Assembly: GCA_016840465.1 (NCBI GenBank)
Contig: JAEOSH010000008.1
Coordinates: forward strand, 1 to 32,000
Length of the DNA: 32,000 nt
Origin: Candidatus Baldrarchaeum yapensis
GTDB taxonomy: Archaea > Asgardarchaeota > Baldrarchaeia > Baldrarchaeales > Baldrarchaeaceae
Direction of reading: 5' to 3'
Shown: piece by piece, positions 26,797-32,000 of the stretch
How the letters are laid out: each line of letters opens with the position of its first letter
How positions within the stretch are numbered: position 1 is the stretch's first letter
Translations under genes and position numbers: made by a program
Notes under the pieces: model-generated
The model's input: the letters and a program-made list of their open reading frames with translations, nothing else
What the model was told of the DNA's origin: nothing
The model's database searches: none

Positions 26797-29390
26797 ACAT
26801 ACGCCTCTTCGGCCGGTATTTCCTTTTCGTCTATTTTGCTTTTTACACCTCTTATTATTTTCTCGAGAACCTCGATGGCGCCATTCTTGAATAGCGGTTG
26901 ATTATTATTACCACACTGATAAGAGTACGTGCAGTTAGGGCACCCGCTTATCGATTTACATTTACATTCCTTGAGAATCATGAGAGACCTTCTAAATCCC
27001 TCTTCTAGTCTATCATATAGGAGTTTAGAGAGACCATTACCTCCAGGGCACGCGTCATGGACGAAGATAATTCCTGTGGTTCCAAGAGAGATGCCTCCGA
27101 TTTCTCTACTTCCTCCACCTGTCAACATATTACTGCTTTCTATGAGAACGTGTTCAACAGCATGAAACGTACCTGCTATCAGATCCAGTTGTGATACCTC
27201 CGACGCTCCAAACCTTTCCACGGCATCTTCTATGGACTTCTCCGGGAACGGTGCCTGAAAGACAAAGCCCTTTGTCTCATATGTGTATTTAATTTCCTTA
27301 TCCAGATCCTTTTGATCAACAGTCTCGCCCGTGAATATGTTTTTTACAACATAACCGTGGACCACATCAGTGACTCTTAACTTACAGTAAATAACCGCAA
27401 CTCCGAAAACGCTTTTTCTGTCATAAATGTCAAGAACCTCCGGTATTGAGTAATGTAATGCCTCCGTTTTCAAATTATTGAATTCAGGGAGCTTTCTGAC
27501 GATAGCCCTCCCAACTCCTCCCCTGAATTCGAAAGAGATCGACTCGTACTGGTGTCCCCCGTGAAGATATATGGCACCGGGATGCAACTCTCGCGCGGCC
27601 ATCGGCATTTCTCGTTCTCCCAGATATCTGCCACTCTCATCATATATCACAACAATATCACCCGTTCCCCTGATGTTATACTCGGCCAATATCTTTTTCG
27701 CGATCCTCCAGTTTGGTACTAAGGTTCCATTTCTGGTCCTCACAAGTACTCCATCGTCTAACAACTTCATCTTCACATTCTCAAAGTTCGCAAACTCATC
27801 CTCACGCAGGGGCATATCCATTGCTGCTGCAAGTATTTGATAGTAGGCAACGACCTCGTTGTGCGGTTCCACGTATATCGGAGCTATATCGGTAAAGTAA
27901 TCATCCGGATGTTGGCGATAGTAGGTACTTATCGGATCTCTATCTCTGAGTGCAAGAATGGCTATACTCTCTTGTCCTCTTCTTCCTGCTCGTCCGATTC
28001 TCTGTGTTAGTTTTGTAATGTCTGTGATCATGGATATCGTTGCGTCGACGAATCCTATATCTATTCCTAACTCGAGAGTCGGCGTCGCCACAAGTACATC
28101 GAGATCTCCTCTCTTGAATCCCCGTTCAACAGCCTCTCTAACTTCTTTTCTTAAACCCGCCCTGTGAACAGCGCTTTTTATTCCCGCTCTCTTTGCCATA
28201 ATGTTTATGACTTCTGCGTCCTTGTGCGTATTACCAAACACTAGAGTCTTCCTTTTTTCATCAACGAGAGCCCTTAATGCTCCGATTATCATCGCATAAA
28301 CGGACCTATATGCAGGGTATAGCATCAAGAAGTGCATTCTTCCTCTTCGCGCTTTTTTACATACTATTTCACGCACGGGTACTCCGAAAAGCGTCTCAGC
28401 AAATTCCTTTGCATTACTTATGGTTGCGGACGCGCCAATAAATTGAAGCCTTCCTCCACATAGTCTCTTTAGTCTCTGAAGAATAAAGTGAACGTTCGCG
28501 CCAAAAGCACCCGTATATACATGAAAATCATCTAACACAACAGTCTCGACCCTAGAAATGAGATGACGGAAGGACGGATCCTTTTTACGCATATGGTAAT
28601 GAAGCATGTCAGGATTCGTAACTAAAATATCGGGAGGGGAGGAAAAAATTCTCCTCCTAACCTCAGGTGGGGTATCTCCATCAAAAGCCTCAGCTCGAAT
28701 GCCCACAGCCCCACATAATTCATGCAATCTATCCAATTGATCACGGGCGAGAGCCTTTGTCGGGTATATGAATATTGCTCTGACATGACGGCTAGGTGCC
28801 CTCTCCGGCGCCAATACACCCCATCTTGGAACATTTTTCGAAATTCTATCGATTATTGGAATAGCAAAAGCCTCAAACTTCCCCATGCCGGTCGGAGCAA
28901 CTATCACAACGTTCTCTCCTTCTATTATCGCTTTTATCGCTTCCTCTTGATATTTATACAGTCTTTTAATACCTCTCTTCTTTAGCACATTCTTTAATTC
29001 GTCCGAGATGTTAAGATCATCGACGCTGCATCCAAATTCCGGCTCCTCCTCTCTAAATAATTTGTATCTAACCAGGTAATCGCGTCCTTCTTTAATGATT
29101 TTTCTTACTGAAAGCGGGAGATCATCAAATGAAATTCCCTCTCTTTCTATCTCTTTCATTATGTCATCCAAGCTTCTCACTAGTGAGCTATCCATCTTAG
29201 GCCTAATCTCCCCCCTCTCATAAGCCTCGATGAACGAGAAGTAAGCGTCTAACTCATCTTTAGTTCTAGGCGGGCAAACATACCTTATTCTACATTCGTA
29301 ACATCTAACTACGAAATGCGGCCCCTCACGTCTGACACGGAGTTTATCGCCACAGAAGGGGCAATGCACTCCATACACGGGATTCACCAT
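26793..29390 (-). CDS. SF2 DEAD/DEAH-box helicase, Hrq1/MrfA(YprA)-like, with N-terminal Zn ribbon and C-terminal DUF1998
   Basis: CPFC/CYEC N-terminus, Q motif LYKYQEEAI, YPTKALARDQ, TNPDMLH, GASATI, VATPTLELGIDIG, QRIGRAGR, FHAVEHVLI and CKCKSISGCPNCTYSYQC. Walker A and B are atypical (see findings). Confidence 0.9.
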   Translation of the reverse strand: MVNPVYGVHCPFCGDKLRVRREGPHFVVRCYECRIRYVCPPRTKDELDAYFSFIEAYERGEIRPKMDSSLVRSLDDIMKEIEREGISFDDLPLSVRKIIKEGRDYLVRYKLFREEEPEFGCSVDDLNISDELKNVLKKRGIKRLYKYQEEAIKAIIEGENVVIVAPTGMGKFEAFAIPIIDRISKNVPRWGVLAPERAPSRHVRAIFIYPTKALARDQLDRLHELCGAVGIRAEAFDGDTPPEVRRRIFSSPPDILVTNPDMLHYHMRKKDPSFRHLISRVETVVLDDFHVYTGAFGANVHFILQRLKRLCGGRLQFIGASATISNAKEFAETLFGVPVREIVCKKARRGRMHFLMLYPAYRSVYAMIIGALRALVDEKRKTLVFGNTHKDAEVINIMAKRAGIKSAVHRAGLRKEVREAVERGFKRGDLDVLVATPTLELGIDIGFVDATISMITDITKLTQRIGRAGRRGQESIAILALRDRDPISTYYRQHPDDYFTDIAPIYVEPHNEVVAYYQILAAAMDMPLREDEFANFENVKMKLLDDGVLVRTRNGTLVPNWRIAKKILAEYNIRGTGDIVVIYDESGRYLGEREMPMAARELHPGAIYLHGGHQYESISFEFRGGVGRAIVRKLPEFNNLKTEALHYSIPEVLDIYDRKSVFGVAVIYCKLRVTDVVHGYVVKNIFTGETVDQKDLDKEIKYTYETKGFVFQAPFPEKSIEDAVERFGASEVSQLDLIAGTFHAVEHVLIESSNMLTGGGSREIGGISLGTTGIIFVHDACPGGNGLSKLLYDRLEEGFRRSLMILKECKCKSISGCPNCTYSYQCGNNNQPLFKNGAIEVLEKIIRGVKSKIDEKEIPAEEAYV

Positions 29391-29472
29391 GGCATTCAAT
29401 TATCAATACTCTTAGGAACATCGTGCTTAAAAAAGAACTTTAATGGTATCACTGGATGAGGACACATAACTC

Positions 29473-30030
29473 CTACAACATAGAACTCGGATTATGCTCT
29501 TCATGCTCATTAAATCTGTTAACCTTGTAAATTAACCTAAATGAGGAATATTGGAGAACGTTTTTTGGCTTAAAAACTTTGCAAACCTCATCCGGCTCGC
29601 AAAACCCCATTTTTCTCATATTATCGCATGTAAGTTTGTATGCCCCCATAACATCGTCTATGAGACATGCAGCAATGAGATACGAGGCGACAACGGTAAT
29701 TTTATTTTTGCGGAATGCAGCCCTTACACACGGTGGAGCACGTTCGAGATGCGCTCTTAAAGCGAGATTGCGGAGTTTGTCCATTAACAAACATTTTCCA
29801 CGCTTTAACTTCCATATGCAATTCTTACAGATATTTTCTGGTAGAAGCTTGCATAGCTCACGTAATGCGGCGGTACTGAAACCATCACCTCTTAACAAGT
29901 GATAATTTAGTTCCATAAAGTATATAGGATCAAAATGTCCCAGCTCATGCACTAAACTCTGAGCCTCTCGTACTATTGTACTAATATCACATGCCCAGTA
30001 CTTCATATATTGCTCATCGCCCGAGGACAT
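29473..30030 (-). CDS. Hypothetical Cys-rich protein resembling the C-terminal Fe-S domain of primase large subunit (PriL-CTD-like)
   Basis: APPCV...YKLTCDNMRKMGFCEPDEVCKVFKPKNVLQY matches the PPC...Y...C....GxCxPD..C....NP.QY pattern recalled for archaeal PriL. The likely start is ATG 30030 or 30006 (ORF track 30135). Confidence 0.6.
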   Translation of the reverse strand: MSSGDEQYMKYWACDISTIVREAQSLVHELGHFDPIYFMELNYHLLRGDGFSTAALRELCKLLPENICKNCIWKLKRGKCLLMDKLRNLALRAHLERAPPCVRAAFRKNKITVVASYLIAACLIDDVMGAYKLTCDNMRKMGFCEPDEVCKVFKPKNVLQYSSFRLIYKVNRFNEHEEHNPSSML

Positions 30031-30133
30031 GATGTCTCTTTCCCCACTAATTGGTTTCTCCCCTAAACATTTAAGGTCAGAGGTCATAGTGTACCGGGGG
30101 ATATTCTTGGAATTCGGAATAAGTACGTGTTTC

Positions 30134-30877
30134 ATGGGGAATATCTCGGAGAGTCTTCTCCACTACATTAAGGAACTAGGTATATCACACGTAGAGATTT
30201 GTTTCGTCAGGAGAACGGATGTATCGCGATCTGCCGCAATTAAAATCGCAAAAATGGCATATAAAATGGATTTTGGCGTCACAATTCACGCGCCATTTAT
30301 GTACGAGTTCATGGGTACACCGTCATTATACGTACATAGGGGCTCCAAACAGGATGTTAAGGTTCTCATGCGGTCATTAGAAATTGCCGCAATAGCGGGC
30401 GCGGAACTCTTAGTGGTTCATGATGAACCGTTTAGGCCTTATAGTCTGGAGTCAAGGATTTTCTTCTCAGCAATTTCAGAACTGGCGCTCGAAGGAGAGA
30501 AAGAGGGTATAGTTGTGACGGTCGAAAATTGCTGGCAAAGGGTGGGATACCTAGTTAAAGAAATAGAATCTTGCGGAATTAAGAGTCTCGGATTATGTTT
30601 GGACTTGGGCCATGCAAACATTCACATGAACCCCGCTGAGGCCATAAGGGTGGCATCTCCCGTTTTATGCCATGTCCATATCCACGATAACCGTGGAAAA
30701 TCGGATGAGCACTTGCCTCCAAGAAGGGGAACAATAGATTGGTATGCGGTGATGTCCGAACTTTTAAAAATAGGATATAGCGGGATTTGCATCCTAGAAG
30801 TTAATGAACCCAATCACGTGTTGACTCTGAAAGGAATTCTCGAGGAAGTATCAGAAAATTGTAGTCTGACGCTTTAG
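30134..30877 (+). CDS. Xylose isomerase-like TIM barrel (sugar phosphate isomerase/epimerase or endonuclease IV family)
   Basis: TIHAPF, VVHD, VEN, CLDLGHAN, HVHIHDNRGKSDEHLPP, GTIDW and ILEV: the full set of metal ligands. Confidence 0.85.
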   Translation: MGNISESLLHYIKELGISHVEICFVRRTDVSRSAAIKIAKMAYKMDFGVTIHAPFMYEFMGTPSLYVHRGSKQDVKVLMRSLEIAAIAGAELLVVHDEPFRPYSLESRIFFSAISELALEGEKEGIVVTVENCWQRVGYLVKEIESCGIKSLGLCLDLGHANIHMNPAEAIRVASPVLCHVHIHDNRGKSDEHLPPRRGTIDWYAVMSELLKIGYSGICILEVNEPNHVLTLKGILEEVSENCSLTL

Positions 30878-31555
30878 TAGCTGAACGGCAAGTCTGGCGT
30901 TGTCCGTCGCTATTCCGTCAACGCCCATTCTTGCAAATTTGAGCATATTACGCTCATCATTGATCGTCCAAACAAGAACCTCCAAGCCGCACCTATGTGC
31001 AGATCTTATCACTTCTGATGTTGTAATCGTGTATTTGGAAACGACATATTTTGCACGAACCTCTTTACAAACCTCCACCATATTACCTCGAAACCTCGCA
31101 CCGAAAATTACTCCCGTTGTGATAGCGGGACATAATTCATGCACTCGCTGAATGCTATCCTTAATGAAGGATACTATAATGACATCGCCAAGCATGCCGC
31201 AATTCTCAATGATATCTAATACTTTATCCTCTATTCCCGTCTCCTTTATCTCTACTATAAGTTTTCCTCGCATCGAGCGAACAAGTTCAAGAACTTCACT
31301 AAGTAGAGGTATCCTTTCTCCTTTCCCAAAATCAAGTCTTCTCAAATCGTTCAGAGTCATGTCCCTAACGTATCCACTACCACTAGAAGTTCTATCCACG
31401 GTCTCGTCATGTATTACAACTATGTAACCATCTTTAGAAGACCTAACATCCACCTCCACATAATCTGCACCAACCTCTAGAGCTCTCTTTACACTTCTCA
31501 GAGTATTCTCTGGTTCCTCTGCTGGTATTCCTCGGTGCCCTACTATAAATACCAC
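30851..31555 (-). CDS. Glycerophosphodiester phosphodiesterase family protein
   Basis: VGHRG, PENTLRS, VEVDVRSSKDG...VIHDETVDRT, IVEIK, VWTIND and GIATD. Confidence 0.93.
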   Translation of the reverse strand: MVFIVGHRGIPAEEPENTLRSVKRALEVGADYVEVDVRSSKDGYIVVIHDETVDRTSSGSGYVRDMTLNDLRRLDFGKGERIPLLSEVLELVRSMRGKLIVEIKETGIEDKVLDIIENCGMLGDVIIVSFIKDSIQRVHELCPAITTGVIFGARFRGNMVEVCKEVRAKYVVSKYTITTSEVIRSAHRCGLEVLVWTINDERNMLKFARMGVDGIATDNARLAVQLLKRQTTIF

Positions 31556-31642
31556 TTTTATCGCCTACCGATATTCTAAAAATGATGATCACGGCTTAGA
31601 AAATTTTCTGCAGAGAATAAAATTAAAAAACGAAGTGAAAAA

Positions 31643-32000
31643 TCAGGACTCTCTTTCTATAAGGATGGCCTCTCCCTGCCCGCCTCCAACACAAAGAGTA
31701 GCAACTCCCCATCTTCCATCTTCCCAATGGAGAATACGGGCAAGCGTTCCAGTAATTCTAGCACCCGTCATTCCTAGTGGATGTCCGATGGCTATTGCTC
31801 CTCCTTTGACATTAACCTTTTCTGGATCTATGTTTAATTCTCTAATGGCATAGAGAGTGACTACAGCAAATGCCTCATTGATCTCCCAGAAGTCGATATC
31901 CTCAACCTTCATTCCGGCCTTCTGCAGGAGTTTCTTGCTTGCAGGTACCGGTCCCATTCCCATGACCTCAGGGTTAACTGCTGCCCATGCAACCTCTCTT
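31643..32000 (-). CDS. Thiolase (acetyl-CoA C-acyltransferase), C-terminal part; gene continues beyond the window
   Basis: [33 protein letters not shown] and CVGGGQG. Confidence 0.93.
   Translation of the reverse strand, partial: REVAWAAVNPEVMGMGPVPASKKLLQKAGMKVEDIDFWEINEAFAVVTLYAIRELNIDPEKVNVKGGAIAIGHPLGMTGARITGTLARILHWEDGRWGVATLCVGGGQGEAILIERES

Noticed and set aside
23205-32000. Prenyl synthase, HAD, GDPD and thiolase as a single lipid gene cluster
   Set aside because: Mixed orientations and interspersed unrelated genes; no evidence of co-regulation.
1-32000. CRISPR arrays, rRNA, tRNA, defence systems
   Set aside because: No regularly spaced repeats, cloverleaf/T-loop signatures or recognisable cas/defence genes seen by eye; short RNAs could have been missed.

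Overview
Gene-dense archaeal chromosomal window, probably from an anaerobic thermophile of the TACK or Asgard groups. The basis is archaeal-type PEP carboxylase, tungsten AOR, a PH0284-type KaiC ATPase with its HTH partner, archaemetzincin, and GGTGA/GGTGG ribosome-binding sites with frequent TTG/GTG starts; the lineage cannot be fixed from sequence alone. It holds about 29 protein genes, and I found no rRNA, tRNA, CRISPR array, transposase or integrase. In order: APC permease; membrane protein plus GATase-like/GIFT-type protein; a tightly coupled run of HisC-like aminotransferase, FGGY kinase, gamma-CA-family protein, FAD oxidoreductase and two GT28-like glycosyltransferases; kaiC-like ATPase plus HTH regulator; ppcA; AOR with its radical SAM maturase; an unannotated FmdE-family pseudogene; membrane protein; archaemetzincin; a SNAP-like/Ig-fold protein; a second APC permease; polyprenyl synthase; HAD phosphatase; membrane protein; deoC; an Hrq1/MrfA-type helicase; a PriL-CTD-like Cys protein; an endonuclease IV/xylose-isomerase-like TIM barrel; GDPD; and a partial thiolase. 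The most notable observations are: (1) a stand-alone, internally shortened primase-large-subunit Fe-S-like domain upstream of a helicase whose Walker A and B motifs are both non-canonical; (2) an 85-bp near-perfect direct repeat of the kaiC 5' end bracketing the second glycosyltransferase, suggesting recent integration; (3) a DeoC carrying a CxxC-x21-CxxC tail; (4) an alpha-SNAP-like plus Ig-fold protein coupled to archaemetzincin. Family assignments come from motifs recognised by eye and were not checked by database search. Start coordinates are my best estimate where the ORF track extends further upstream.
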